Source: Chitinophagaceae bacterium
GTDB lineage: Bacteria; Bacteroidota; Bacteroidia; Chitinophagales; Chitinophagaceae
NCBI GenBank assembly: GCA_043788995.1
Contig: JAYWII010000121.1
Span: 15,361-79,360 of the forward strand
Length of the DNA stretch: 64,000 bases
Reading direction: 5' to 3'
Position numbers and translations under genes: made by a program. The notes beneath the pieces are model-generated. The model was not told the origin of the DNA and ran no database searches. It saw only the letters and a program-made list of their open reading frames with translations. Positions 28,135 through 38,478 of the stretch are shown in pieces; position 1 is the first letter of the stretch; the number at the start of each line of letters is the position of its first letter.

Positions 28135-29094
28135 ATGCTAAAAGATATTCAGGTTACTGGTAATAAAGATACACGTAGTGGTTTTGGAGATGGCATCCTT
28201 GAAGCTGCAAGAACGAATGATAAGATCGTTGCATTGACCGCAGATTTACTGGGTTCATTAAAACTAAATGCTTTTGTAAAAGAATTCCCTGAACGCTTTA
28301 TTCAATGTGGGATAGCTGAAGCAAATATGATTGGCGTGGCTGCAGGATTGACCATCGGAGGCAAGATACCTTACACTACTACTTTCGCAAATTTCAGCAC
28401 TGGCCGTGTGTATGACCAGATTCGCCAGTCTGTAGCATACAGCGGAAAGAATGTAAAAATTTGTGCCAGCCATGCAGGTCTTACCTTAGGGGAAGATGGC
28501 GCTACTCACCAGATATTAGAAGATATTGGTTTGATGAAAATGCTACCGGGAATGACAGTGATTGTTCCGGCAGATTACAATCAAACCAAAGCAGCTACTA
28601 AAGCAATTGCGGATTATATTGGACCCGTGTATCTGCGTTTTGGCCGTCCGGTTTGGCCAATATTTACCAAAGAGGAAGATTTTGTAATTGGTAAAGCACA
28701 AAAAATTGCTGATGGAAAAGACGTAAGCATTTTTGCCTGTGGCCACCTGGTTTGGAAGGCTATTGAGGCTGGAAGGATATTGGAAGAAAAAGGCATCAGT
28801 GTGGAAGTGATCAACATCCACACCATCAAGCCACTGGATACAGAAGCAGTTATTGCCTCTATTACCAAAACCAAATGTGCAGTTACCTGCGAAGAACATA
28901 ATATTATTGGCGGATTGGGAGACAGTATTGCACAGGTTGCTGCCAAGCATCTGCCAATACCAATTGAATATATAGGCACCAACGACACCTTTGGAGAAAG
29001 CGGTAAACCTTCTGAATTGCTTACTAAATATGGCTTAGATGCACCAAACATTGTGGAAGCTGTTGAGAAAGTATTGGCCAGAAAAAACGCATGA
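28135..29094 (+). CDS. Transketolase, C-terminal (pyrimidine-binding) subunit
   Basis: GIAEANMIG, GEDGATHQ, LRFGRP, EEHNIIGGLG; ATG at 28135. Confidence 0.9.
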   Translation: MLKDIQVTGNKDTRSGFGDGILEAARTNDKIVALTADLLGSLKLNAFVKEFPERFIQCGIAEANMIGVAAGLTIGGKIPYTTTFANFSTGRVYDQIRQSVAYSGKNVKICASHAGLTLGEDGATHQILEDIGLMKMLPGMTVIVPADYNQTKAATKAIADYIGPVYLRFGRPVWPIFTKEEDFVIGKAQKIADGKDVSIFACGHLVWKAIEAGRILEEKGISVEVINIHTIKPLDTEAVIASITKTKCAVTCEEHNIIGGLGDSIAQVAAKHLPIPIEYIGTNDTFGESGKPSELLTKYGLDAPNIVEAVEKVLARKNA

Positions 29095-29171
29095 TTATTG
29101 GGACTTGGCTAACTAATTAAAAGTCAATTTCATTTCAGTTTTTCATTACTGCGGATTAAACCTTTTACCAT

Positions 29172-29197
29172 AAAACCTATCTTACGATAGGTTTTTA
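29172..29197 (+). terminator. Intrinsic terminator after transketolase subunit
   Basis: AAAACCTATC/GATAGGTTTT stem. Confidence 0.7.
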
Positions 29198-29221
29198 TAT
29201 TTTTATGCAGCTTAACCACTT

Positions 29222-29776
29222 ATGCCAAATCAACATTTAGATGATAAAGAACTGTTGCTACAGTTTAAAGAACCTTCTCTAAGAGAAAGAAGTTTTACTG
29301 CTATCATTAAAAAATACCAGGAAAAACTCTACTGGCATATCCGCCGGATGGTGGTGAATCATGAAGATGCCAATGATGTTTTGCAAAATATGTTCATCAA
29401 AGTATGGAATGGCCTGGAAAATTTCAGGGAAGATAGTCAGCTTTACACCTGGCTGTACCGGATAGCAACTAACGAGAGTCTTACTTTTTTGGAGCAACAA
29501 AAGAAAAGGGCATCCATATCATTAAGTGACGATGATGGTGTATTGGCCAATAAGCTAAAAGCAGAAAAGGATTTTGATGGGAGAAAGATAGAGTGGAAAC
29601 TACAGCTGGCTATGCAGCAGCTGCCAGAAAAACAACGGGTAGTTTTTAACCTCCGCTATTATGATGAAATGCCTTACGAAGAAATGAGCCGGGTGCTGGA
29701 AACCAGTGAAGGTGCCTTAAAAGCAAGTTATCATCATGCAGTAAAAAAAATTGAGAATTATTTACTAAATAGTTAA
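29222..29776 (+). CDS. ECF RNA polymerase sigma factor
   Basis: Region 2 DVLQNMFIKVW...TWLYRIATN; region 4 LPEKQRVVFNLRYYDEMPYEEMS. Confidence 0.92.
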   Translation: MPNQHLDDKELLLQFKEPSLRERSFTAIIKKYQEKLYWHIRRMVVNHEDANDVLQNMFIKVWNGLENFREDSQLYTWLYRIATNESLTFLEQQKKRASISLSDDDGVLANKLKAEKDFDGRKIEWKLQLAMQQLPEKQRVVFNLRYYDEMPYEEMSRVLETSEGALKASYHHAVKKIENYLLNS

Positions 29777-29817
29777 ACTGTTTCGCCAATTTGAAGTCAG
29801 TATAACCAGCAGAAAGA

Positions 29818-30687
29818 ATGGAAAATAAAAGTGACATATTGAATGAATTACAAAGCATCAGCCCGTTAATTGCAGCAATTAGTAAGGCAAATGTTTTTAG
29901 GGTGCCGGATGGATACTTTGACAGTATCAGCAGCACCGTTCTGCTGAGCCTCCATGAAGATTTTTCTAGTGATAATATTCCACAAATATCAAAAGACACA
30001 GATATACCAGCAGGATATTTTGATAATCTATCAAACTCTATACTGGACAAAATTAAAAAACAGGAAGCTGGTGAATTGCCTGCAATTTTTTCCACTATCA
30101 AAAAGGAGCAGCTGTTCCAGGTACCTGGCAATTATTTTGAAACATTGGCTGATTCAGTTCTAAGTAAAATTAAGAATACACAGGAAGAAGAAACCTTGCC
30201 TGCTGTTCTGAATGATTTAAAAACTGTACAGCCTTTTGATGTTCCGGAAAATTACTTTGCCGATTTACCTGCAACTATTCTGGAGAAGGTTAAGCAACAA
30301 CCAAGTGCAAAAATCATCTCCATGCCTAAGCGGTTTTCAATACTCAGGTATGCTGCTGCGGCTGTTATTACCGGTGCCCTTGCATTAGGTGTTTATAAAT
30401 ACAGCAATCAGCCATCGGTTAATAGTATAGATCCGGTTGCATCTGTAGTACTTGATCCAAGTATTGAGAAAGGAAAAGCGATGGATGATAAAAAATTTAA
30501 TGAAACATTAAATAGTTTATCATCAGATGAAATATTAAATTATCTGCAGCGCAACAATGGCGAAGCTGATATTGCTGTGTTAAGTTCCAGTGTGGAAGAA
30601 ACCAGTTTGCCAAATGAAGAAGATTATTTACTGGATGACAAAACACTGGATAATTTTTTAAAAGATTTAGAAACAACAACTAATTAA
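29818..30687 (+). CDS. Putative anti-sigma factor with four VPxxYF repeats and one TM helix
   Basis: Follows the sigma gene; repeats FRVPDGYF, DIPAGYF, FQVPGNYF, FDVPENYF; hydrophobic YAAAAVITGALALGVY. Confidence 0.65.
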   Translation: MENKSDILNELQSISPLIAAISKANVFRVPDGYFDSISSTVLLSLHEDFSSDNIPQISKDTDIPAGYFDNLSNSILDKIKKQEAGELPAIFSTIKKEQLFQVPGNYFETLADSVLSKIKNTQEEETLPAVLNDLKTVQPFDVPENYFADLPATILEKVKQQPSAKIISMPKRFSILRYAAAAVITGALALGVYKYSNQPSVNSIDPVASVVLDPSIEKGKAMDDKKFNETLNSLSSDEILNYLQRNNGEADIAVLSSSVEETSLPNEEDYLLDDKTLDNFLKDLETTTN

Positions 30688-30692
30688 GCAAA

Positions 30693-31115
30693 ATGAAAAA
30701 GCTATACATCATATTGACCTTTTTAACTGTAAGCTTATTTGCTCAAGCACAGGATGAACAGCCGCCAGTTGCTGACCAAAAGCAGCAGGAAAAAATTGAA
30801 GCATTAAAAGTTGCCTTTATAACAAAAGAATTAGACCTGACTCCTGATGAAGCACAAAAATTCTGGCCCGTTTATAATCAATACTCTAAAGAATTAAAAA
30901 GCACTTTTAAAGACAACCAGGATGTAATAGACAGGGATGAAAAGGTGGTGAATTTAAGAAAACGCTACCGGGACCAGTTTACAAAAGTACTTGGTGCAGA
31001 CAGGATGAACAGGATGTTTAATGCGGAAAGAGATTTTAGGCAACTGCTGATAAAATCAATCAAGAGGCAAAGACAAAAAGCAAATATGGACCGGCCATTA
31101 CTAAGAAGAGGTTAG
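30693..31115 (+). CDS. Spy/CpxP-like (LTXXQ) periplasmic protein
   Basis: Signal peptide; ELDLTPDEAQKFWPVYN motif. Confidence 0.7.
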   Translation: MKKLYIILTFLTVSLFAQAQDEQPPVADQKQQEKIEALKVAFITKELDLTPDEAQKFWPVYNQYSKELKSTFKDNQDVIDRDEKVVNLRKRYRDQFTKVLGADRMNRMFNAERDFRQLLIKSIKRQRQKANMDRPLLRRG

Positions 31116-31149
31116 TAAAAGATAACTGCCCATTAATATCCATAAAATA

Positions 31150-31180
31150 GGGTTCAGGTCGCTTTAAGCGCCCCGACCCC
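31150..31180. terminator. Imperfect hairpin between convergent genes
   Basis: GC-rich imperfect stem around CGCT-TTA-AGCG with AT-rich flanks. Confidence 0.45.
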
Positions 31181-31188
31181 ATTTATAA

Positions 31189-31989
31189 TTAGTTAAAACT
31201 AGTCATCGCATTATAGTCCAGTGTGGACGATTCATCTTCTTCCCTGTTCTCATTATACTCCACAATAAAATTGTTCTTCCCTTCACCAGTAATGATCAGT
31301 AAATATTTCTGCTGAGATAACTCCAGCAAACTCAGGAAAAGAAACAGTGCATGTATCCTGTCCTGGCAAATGTCAAATATCTTTTCGAAAGAACTTGTTT
31401 TCTCCGTGCGGCAATGATCCAGCATATAATCACGGCTTTCTTCCATTGTGTAATTATACTGAATTACAGTATGTACGGGTTTATTATTTCTTTCATGCAA
31501 TTTTTGAACGACCTTTTCAAAAGCCTTCATCAATTTAAACAGCGTAACGGCTTGTATTTCTGTTCCCTCACCGGCTTCTTCACCAATCTGCGCCAGTTCT
31601 TTTTGAAGGTTTCCTCTTTTGAACATCAGGAAACGTTCCTCTTCCATCTGGGCCATTTTAGCCGAAGCTTCTTTAAATTTTTTATACTCCAGGATCTTAT
31701 TCACGAGTTCCTGCCTTGGATCAATTTCATTACCGTGATCATCCAGTTCTTTACGGGGTATCAGCATTTTTGCTTTTATCCGCATCAACGTGCTGATGAA
31801 TAAAATAAACTCACTGCTCAGTTCTATGTTTAGTTTTTCACCTTGATGAATAAAATCTAAAAAATCATTGGTGATCCTTGTGATTGGAATATTGTAAATA
31901 TCCAGCTCATCCCTTTCTATAAAGAACAACAACAGGTCAAACGGGCCTTCAAACTGGTCAAGCTTTATTTGATAAGAAGCAGTATTCAA
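31189..31989 (-). CDS. scpA: Segregation and condensation protein A
   Basis: FEGPFDLLLFFIERDELDIYNIPI motif; TTG start. Confidence 0.92.
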   Translation of the reverse strand: MNTASYQIKLDQFEGPFDLLLFFIERDELDIYNIPITRITNDFLDFIHQGEKLNIELSSEFILFISTLMRIKAKMLIPRKELDDHGNEIDPRQELVNKILEYKKFKEASAKMAQMEEERFLMFKRGNLQKELAQIGEEAGEGTEIQAVTLFKLMKAFEKVVQKLHERNNKPVHTVIQYNYTMEESRDYMLDHCRTEKTSSFEKIFDICQDRIHALFLFLSLLELSQQKYLLIITGEGKNNFIVEYNENREEDESSTLDYNAMTSFN

Positions 31990-32009
31990 TGCTATAAAAA
32001 TTTAATGAT

Positions 32010-32044
32010 AAAAAAACTCCTCCACCATGTTACCGGCAGAGGAG
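32010..32044 (-). terminator. Intrinsic terminator after DUF3078 gene; abuts a perfect -7 box (TACATTTG, 32052-32045)
   Basis: CTCCTCTGCC/GGTGGAGGAG stem plus T7 on the - strand. Confidence 0.75.
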
Positions 32045-32071
32045 CAAATGTATTAATAAGTAAACAGACTA

Positions 32072-33067
32072 TCAGAATTTAGCAGCAAAGCCTAATCCGA
32101 ATGTGGATAATACCTGCAAACCCAAAGCGCTGGTTGGGCTTTCCGGATTTCTCACATCATCATCGTACAACATATCCAGGGAGTAACTCAGGTTAAACCA
32201 TTTGTATAGCTTAACCTTAAACTGGTTGGTCCAAAATACATCCACGTTGGATATATTCTTCAGATAGTTGGCGTACAGATCTAACTTACTGTAATAAGAT
32301 ACATTTTTTAAAAGATCCTTTTTAACAGTTGCAGTTACAAAAGCACCAAATTCCCCTTTATGCTCTTTAGCCGGATCTACTCCATATAAAGTAGCCAAAG
32401 GAGTTTCTTGTTGTCCATTAAAAATACCACCCTGCCCGGCATAGCTGTATGGGCCATTTGATACAATCGTCCATCTTGCTGATAAGGGAGATCCAAATAA
32501 AGAGAACCAGCTATTGGGTTTCCAATCAACACCCGGAGATACGATAATGTATGCAGGCGCAAAAAAACCAGAGTTCCTTCTTTTTTCTGTTGTTCCCTTA
32601 TATTCGTACTCGTGTCCACTGGTGAGCTGGGATCGTAACTGGCCCAGTAAAGAAAGATTAACCTTGCTCCATTTTTTTGGTTTGTATCCATATTTGCTCA
32701 CAAAGTCAAGGCGGTCATTCATTTTACGAACACCTAATGTAGTGGTATTAACGAGGCCGTAATTAATATCCAACATATTTTCCCAGGTTTTTCTTCCCCA
32801 TGCCCTGTTAGCAAATGCATTTAATGACCCGGCAACAGAAAGTGAAAAATCATCACCACCTGCAGCGATCCAGTTGCTATTTCCTATCTGGGTAACATTC
32901 AAACTTACAAGACCACCTTTGATCCAGCCGTTTTTATTAGGTTTTTGAGTGGTATCTTTTTTAATTTCTTTAGTAACTGAAGATTGAATTTCCCTGACCG
33001 TAGCATCCTGGGCACTCAGTTGGCAGTATATTAAAACAGCAACTACCAGGCTTAGCGTTCTTTTCAT
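32072..33067 (-). CDS. DUF3078 family outer-membrane beta-barrel protein
   Basis: Signal peptide; SNWIAAGG, KMNDRLDFVSKYGY; C-terminal aromatic GFAAKF. Confidence 0.8.
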   Translation of the reverse strand: MKRTLSLVVAVLIYCQLSAQDATVREIQSSVTKEIKKDTTQKPNKNGWIKGGLVSLNVTQIGNSNWIAAGGDDFSLSVAGSLNAFANRAWGRKTWENMLDINYGLVNTTTLGVRKMNDRLDFVSKYGYKPKKWSKVNLSLLGQLRSQLTSGHEYEYKGTTEKRRNSGFFAPAYIIVSPGVDWKPNSWFSLFGSPLSARWTIVSNGPYSYAGQGGIFNGQQETPLATLYGVDPAKEHKGEFGAFVTATVKKDLLKNVSYYSKLDLYANYLKNISNVDVFWTNQFKVKLYKWFNLSYSLDMLYDDDVRNPESPTSALGLQVLSTFGLGFAAKF

Positions 33068-33086
33068 TAGTTTGGTATTAGTTTAT

Positions 33087-33118
33087 AAAAAAGCGGCTTC
33101 CGAATGATGGAAGCCGCT
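33087..33118 (-). terminator. Intrinsic terminator between the two DUF3078 genes
   Basis: AGCGGCTTCC/GGAAGCCGCT perfect 10-bp stem plus T-run on the - strand. Confidence 0.8.
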
Positions 33119-33169
33119 GCGAAAATACTGCATATTTTAATCAAGACATTTGACTGCAATCAAATGTTC

Positions 33170-34069
33170 TTATAGTTTTAAAGTAAGACCTATACCCAAT
33201 ATTTCTTTTAGCTGAGTTTTTGCAATCACATCATCATCATATATCATATCTACACTGATGGTGCTCCCCAGCCATTTATTAAATTTCAAAACCAGTAAAT
33301 TGGTAAAAAAAACATCTACGTTTTGTGGATTTCTTTTGTAATTACTAAATAAATCAAGCCTGCCGGTATAGGTAGCCCAGGCAGTAATTGGCTTGGTATA
33401 TTTTGCAGTAAGATAAGCACCGATTTCATTATAACTTTTACTTAAAGCAGGCACACCAAATGCGTTAATTGCATAAAAATCTGGATCATTCTTCAAAATC
33501 CAGCGTGTGGAGATGGGAGAAATGAAAACAGAAAAGTTATCATTTGGCCTGTAATCCATACCCAGTGAAAGTATTATTTTTCCAGGTGTAAGAAAGTTGG
33601 AAATTTTTGTGTTCTTATTATAATCATACCCTGCCAGCGCCTGGCTGTTAAAGTTAAAGAGGCCGGCTACATACCATTTTTTTGCAACCTGGTGCCCATA
33701 TTTGCTGGTAATATCTATCCTGTCATCTATTTTTCTAAACCTGTTAAAACTGGTTGCATTTTGAAATCCCAGGGCAAGATCAAAATAATTATCCCAGGTA
33801 TTTTTCCCATTACGGTAATTAAGGCCATAATTTAAAATACCATTAATGCCTAACGTATTTTGCTCTCCACCGGCAGCCCAGTTACTAAGGCTTCCCTGGT
33901 TCAGGTTAAAAATAAAAGTGCCGCTGTGTTTCCAGCCATTCAGTAAAGTATCAGAAGCCTTTACATCTTTATTTGCAGCTTTCTGTAAATCTTTTACAGT
34001 GGCATCCTGTGACCACGAATTTAAAATTGCAGAAACTGCGACTAGCGTCACGAAAATTTTCTTTTTCAT
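33170..34069 (-). CDS. DUF3078 family outer-membrane beta-barrel protein (paralog)
   Basis: SNWAAGGE, RKIDDRIDITSKYGH; ATG at 34069 gives a proper signal peptide. Confidence 0.8.
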   Translation of the reverse strand: MKKKIFVTLVAVSAILNSWSQDATVKDLQKAANKDVKASDTLLNGWKHSGTFIFNLNQGSLSNWAAGGEQNTLGINGILNYGLNYRNGKNTWDNYFDLALGFQNATSFNRFRKIDDRIDITSKYGHQVAKKWYVAGLFNFNSQALAGYDYNKNTKISNFLTPGKIILSLGMDYRPNDNFSVFISPISTRWILKNDPDFYAINAFGVPALSKSYNEIGAYLTAKYTKPITAWATYTGRLDLFSNYKRNPQNVDVFFTNLLVLKFNKWLGSTISVDMIYDDDVIAKTQLKEILGIGLTLKL

Positions 34070-34085
34070 TTTCTTATTTTTAAGT

Positions 34086-34122
34086 AAAAAAAAGCATCGC
34101 AGCCAGTAGAGTTGCAATGCTT
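34086..34122 (-). terminator. Intrinsic terminator after mscL
   Basis: AAGCATTGCA/TGCGATGCTT stem plus T-run on the - strand. Confidence 0.7.
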
Positions 34123-34139
34123 AAAGTATATTTTAAGAT

Positions 34140-34514
34140 TTATTTTTTTAACGAGTCTCTTATCTCCATCAAGAGCTTATCAGTTGATGATGGTTCTGCA
34201 GGAGCCGGTGCCGCTTCTTCTTTTTTCTTTGCGCTGTTTGCTACTTTAATCAGGGCAAAAAGAACAAAAGCAACCAGGATAAATTTAATTACTGCAGCTA
34301 TGAATTTACCAATCTTCACAGTACCTAACATTAGTTTATCTACATCCTGAATATTTGCAGCCTTTAGCAAGGGGGTAAGCAAAAGTGGGGTAACCACATC
34401 ATCTACCAGCGATGTTACTATTGCGCCAAAAGCTGCTCCGATGATCACAGCCACCGCCAGTTCAACCACATTTCCTTTTAATGCAAAATCTTTGAATTCT
34501 TTAATTAGTCCCAT
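34140..34514 (-). CDS. mscL: Large-conductance mechanosensitive channel
   Basis: KEFKDFALKGNVVELAVAVIIGAAFG; LLMEIRD. Confidence 0.96.
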   Translation of the reverse strand: MGLIKEFKDFALKGNVVELAVAVIIGAAFGAIVTSLVDDVVTPLLLTPLLKAANIQDVDKLMLGTVKIGKFIAAVIKFILVAFVLFALIKVANSAKKKEEAAPAPAEPSSTDKLLMEIRDSLKK

Positions 34515-34699
34515 AAATTATTTTTTTAAAATGATTAAACGGTATTTTTTAAAACATGGTAAATGTAATAATTATGTATTGGGTAACTCACACTTTTATA
34601 TTACTAATTTTTGCACATTATTAATTTTCATTTTGAAATTTATCTTAACAAAATGTTCCTTGTTATAATTATTAGCCGCATTAATATCACCTTTACTCC

Positions 34700-35635
34700 G
34701 TGAATATAAAATTAACTGACTGGCTTATTTTTATTGCCCTTGCTTTGATATGGGGCAGCAGTTTCATCTTAATGAAAATTGGCCTGGATAATCAGCTTAG
34801 CGCTTATCATATTGCTGCAATAAGAATTGTTTCTGCAGGAATTGTATTGCTACCTATTGCCATTAAGGCAATTAAAAAAATTCCCTGGCAAAAACGCTGG
34901 CTGGTATTTTTATCAGGTACTTTAGGGAGTTTAATACCCGCCTTTCTATTTTGTATTGCGGAAGAAGCAATCGACAGTGCATTGGCAGGAACGCTTAATA
35001 CACTTACACCGATTTTTGTGATCCTTACCGGTGCGTTGTTCTTCAACACTAAAACAGCCCCTAATAAAATTATTGGTATTACCATCGCTTTTTCAGGTTG
35101 TGTGCTGCTCTTATTCAGCAAGGGAAACATGCAAAATAAACAGCTTTCTTATGCAGCCCTTGTTGTAGTAGCTACTATGCTGTATGGTTTCAATGTGAAT
35201 ATGGTTTCAAGAAATCTCCTGCATATTTCATCCGTACATATTACTGCGGTGGCGCTTTCATTTAATGCAATCCCTGCGCTGGTTGTATTAATTTTCACCG
35301 GTTTTTTTAAATTGCCACTCACAAATCCTGAAATTTTAAAAGGTACAGCGGCAGCCATTTGCCTCGGAGTAATGGGCACTGCAGTGGCGACTGTATTATT
35401 TTATATGCTGGTAAAAAGAGCCAGCAGCATTTTTGCCAGTATGGTTACTTACGCTATTCCGTTTGTTGCCATCGGGTGGGGATTTTATTATAAGGAAGAT
35501 ATTACTTTGAGGCAAATAGCCTGCCTGCTCATCATATTAATTGGCGTATACCTCGCCAATAAAAAACAGGTAATGAATAGTACAAATAAAAAAGAGGATC
35601 ACCTTGTTGGGCAATCCTCTTTCGGAAAAGATTAA
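34700..35635 (+). CDS. EamA/DMT family transporter
   Basis: About 10 TM helices; IWGSSFILMK; GTG start. Confidence 0.88.
   Translation: MNIKLTDWLIFIALALIWGSSFILMKIGLDNQLSAYHIAAIRIVSAGIVLLPIAIKAIKKIPWQKRWLVFLSGTLGSLIPAFLFCIAEEAIDSALAGTLNTLTPIFVILTGALFFNTKTAPNKIIGITIAFSGCVLLLFSKGNMQNKQLSYAALVVVATMLYGFNVNMVSRNLLHISSVHITAVALSFNAIPALVVLIFTGFFKLPLTNPEILKGTAAAICLGVMGTAVATVLFYMLVKRASSIFASMVTYAIPFVAIGWGFYYKEDITLRQIACLLIILIGVYLANKKQVMNSTNKKEDHLVGQSSFGKD
35588..35622 (-). terminator. atp operon terminator lying inside the EamA 3' end
   Basis: AAAGAGGATTGCC/GGTGATCCTCTTT stem plus T-run, 18 nt after the atpA stop. Confidence 0.75.
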
Positions 35636-35640
35636 ACGAA

Positions 35641-37218
35641 TTATTTGTATTGCGGAGTCAGGCCTTTTGCTAAGGCAGTCATCTTTGCCAATCCCTCTTC
35701 AGGTAACCCACCTTTTTTAAACTCAGCCAAAATCTCAGAATATTTGTTTTCCATTTCTAATAAGAAATGTTCTTCAAAAGCCTTTACATTTTTAACCGCC
35801 ACCTCTCTTAATAAACCTTGTGTACCAAGATAAATAATTGCCACCTGCTTTTCAACAGTATATGGTGAGTATTGTGGTTGTTTCAATATCTCCACGTTTC
35901 TTGCACCTTTATCAATTACGTTTTTGGTAGCAGCATCCAAATCACCACCAAATTTAGAGAAGGCTTCCAACTCACGGTAAAGCGCCTGATCCAGTTTTAA
36001 TGTACCAGCCACTTTTTTCATTGATTTGATCTGAGCGTTACCACCCACACGACTAACCGAAATACCCACGTTGATTGCAGGACGTATACCAGCGTTAAAC
36101 AGGTTACCTTCCAAAAATATCTGTCCGTCAGTAATAGAAATTACGTTAGTAGGAATGTATGCTGATACATCACCAGCCTGTGTTTCAATAACAGGCAACG
36201 CTGTTAAAGAACCACCACCTTTTACCAGGTGTTTAATAGATGCAGGTAAATCATTCATCTGCTGGGCTATCTCATCTTTAGAAATAACTTTAGCAGCTCT
36301 TTCAAGTAAACGGCTATGCAGGTAGAATACATCACCCGGGTAAGCCTCACGGCCTGGCGGACGACGCAGCAATAAGGAAACCTCACGGTAAGCCACAGCC
36401 TGTTTAGAAAGATCATCATAAATGATCAACGCCGGCCTTCCGGTATCACGGAAAAATTCACCAATAGCAGCACCGGCAAACGGAGCATAGAACTGTAACG
36501 GAGCTGGGTCACTTGCAGATGCTGCAACAATGGTAGTATAAACCATTGCTCCATTTTCTTCCAGCGTTTTCATAATACCGGCGATGGTAGATGCTTTTTG
36601 CCCGATGGCTACATATATACAGTAAACAGGTTTACCTGCTGCATAAAATTCTTTTTGATTGATAATTGTATCTACACAAATAGCCGTTTTACCAGTCTGG
36701 CGGTCACCAATTACCAATTCCCTTTGGCCACGGCCAATCGGAATCATTGCATCAATTGCCTTGATGCCTGTTTGTAATGGCTCCTTTACCGGCTCACGGA
36801 AAATTACACCTGGTGCTTTACGCTCCAGCGGCATTTCATACAGTTCACCTGCAATTGGACCTTTACCATCTATCGGTTCCCCCAATGTATTAATAACACG
36901 ACCGCACATTCCTTCTCCTACTTTGATAGAAGCGATTTTATCTGTACGCTTTACTTTAGCTCCTTCTTTAATTCCACTGCTGTCACCCATCAATACCACA
37001 CCCACATTATCTTCCTCCAGGTTTAACGCAATTGCTTTAACGCCATTTTCAAATTCCACCAGCTCACCACTACGCACATTATTCAATCCATACACACGGG
37101 CAATACCATCACCCACCTGCAATACGGTACCCACTTCTTCTAAACTGGCACCTGCATTAAAATTGCTTAATTGCTGGCGGAGTATCGCTGAAATTTCATC
37201 CGGTTTAATTTCTACCAT
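35641..37218 (-). CDS. atpA: F1Fo ATP synthase subunit alpha
   Basis: [29 protein letters not shown]. Confidence 0.98.
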   Translation of the reverse strand: MVEIKPDEISAILRQQLSNFNAGASLEEVGTVLQVGDGIARVYGLNNVRSGELVEFENGVKAIALNLEEDNVGVVLMGDSSGIKEGAKVKRTDKIASIKVGEGMCGRVINTLGEPIDGKGPIAGELYEMPLERKAPGVIFREPVKEPLQTGIKAIDAMIPIGRGQRELVIGDRQTGKTAICVDTIINQKEFYAAGKPVYCIYVAIGQKASTIAGIMKTLEENGAMVYTTIVAASASDPAPLQFYAPFAGAAIGEFFRDTGRPALIIYDDLSKQAVAYREVSLLLRRPPGREAYPGDVFYLHSRLLERAAKVISKDEIAQQMNDLPASIKHLVKGGGSLTALPVIETQAGDVSAYIPTNVISITDGQIFLEGNLFNAGIRPAINVGISVSRVGGNAQIKSMKKVAGTLKLDQALYRELEAFSKFGGDLDAATKNVIDKGARNVEILKQPQYSPYTVEKQVAIIYLGTQGLLREVAVKNVKAFEEHFLLEMENKYSEILAEFKKGGLPEEGLAKMTALAKGLTPQYK

Positions 37219-37242
37219 AACTGTTTTTTTTAAAAAATTGTT

Positions 37243-37806
37243 TTATCTGAGTTTATGAACATATTGATTGTCCATAAATTGTTTTTGAATATCTTTTAAG
37301 TCTCTTTGTATGCTTGCATCGATTAAAGTACCCTGCATCTCCAAAATAAAACCGCCAATTAATTCTTCTCTAATAACCGTTTCCAGTTCTATATTCTGAA
37401 AAGGAGTAGATGCTTTTACCTTATTTACTATGGCTGTTTTAAGATCGTCACTAAGTACCGCTGCTGTAGTTAATTTTAACCGGTAGATATTTCTTATTTT
37501 ATTGAATTGCTCAATAAATGCATCTGCTATTTCCGGTAAATTGGTTTCCCTTCCTTTGCGTACCAGTAAATTTATAAATGCAACGGTTGTTTTATTTACC
37601 CTCTCAGTTGTTATTGATTGAATAATCTTTTCCTTAGCGCTTGGTTTTATGATCGGGCTACGCAGTACTGCTGTAAAATCAGGATTAGATTTACAAATTT
37701 TCTGCAAGAATTTCATGTCAGCATGAATAATATCCACCTGGTTCAACTCTGTTGCCAGATCGATCAAACTTTTTGCGTACCTGCCTGCTAAACGTGGATT
37801 GTGCAT
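37243..37806 (-). CDS. atpH: ATP synthase subunit delta
   Basis: RLAGRYAKSL, ELIGGFIL; ATG at 37806 preferred because the 37812 ATG lies in a REP. Confidence 0.93.
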   Translation of the reverse strand: MHNPRLAGRYAKSLIDLATELNQVDIIHADMKFLQKICKSNPDFTAVLRSPIIKPSAKEKIIQSITTERVNKTTVAFINLLVRKGRETNLPEIADAFIEQFNKIRNIYRLKLTTAAVLSDDLKTAIVNKVKASTPFQNIELETVIREELIGGFILEMQGTLIDASIQRDLKDIQKQFMDNQYVHKLR

Positions 37807-37900
37807 ACCCATGTCCCCTAAAGGGGGATTTTTTTTAAAAACTCCAAAGAGTTTAGATGATTAAAAAATGTTGCCTTTCTCCCCTTTAGGGGATGGTGGC
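37807..37900. repeat. REP-like inverted doublet filling the atpF-atpH spacer
   Basis: 17/20 copy at 37807-37826 and 18/20 inverted copy at 37881-37900, 54-nt spacer. Confidence 0.85.
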
Positions 37901-38395
37901 TTAATTAAATTTTGCTTCTTCTGCCAATTGTTTAATATATCCTTCCTGGTCTTGTTTATTGTTCAACTCACGGCGCAATACTTTTTCACTTACTTCAATT
38001 ACCAGGTTACCCACCTGGTTCTTTATTTCAGTTAGTGCAGCCATCTTCTGCTGGTTAATAGAAGCCTGGGCATCGGCTAAAATTTTAGCAGCCTGCGCTT
38101 TTGCTTCTTCTTTTGCCTCATTAATCATTTTGTCCTTTGTTTCTTTAGCCTCTTTTAATAAGATAGCTCTTTCTTCACGTGCTGTTGCCAGTAATGCCTC
38201 ATTGTCATTTTTTAACTGTGCCATTTCCAGCTTAATTTTTTCAGCACTGGCGATTGAATTGGCAATATTCGTTTCCCTGTCATTGAGGCCCTTTATAATA
38301 GCAGGCCATGCAAATTTTTTCAACAGAAAGAACACAATTAAAAAAGCTAATAATGTCCAGACCAATAATCCTAAATCAGGTGTTAATAATTGCAT
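37901..38395 (-). CDS. atpF: ATP synthase subunit b
   Basis: N-terminal TM, KFAWPAI, coiled coil; operon position. Confidence 0.95.
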   Translation of the reverse strand: MQLLTPDLGLLVWTLLAFLIVFFLLKKFAWPAIIKGLNDRETNIANSIASAEKIKLEMAQLKNDNEALLATAREERAILLKEAKETKDKMINEAKEEAKAQAAKILADAQASINQQKMAALTEIKNQVGNLVIEVSEKVLRRELNNKQDQEGYIKQLAEEAKFN

Positions 38396-38478
38396 GATTG
38401 AAAACCTCCATCTCCCAAAGAGACCGTTTATTTAAAATAATAGTTATTCACTTTTGTCCTTGTTGCCAAGGTTTAAAA

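Noticed and set aside
34560-34699. Pho-like site around TTAACA at 34645
   Set aside because: No phased neighbours at +/-11 bp. It serves as an informal negative control for the array pattern.
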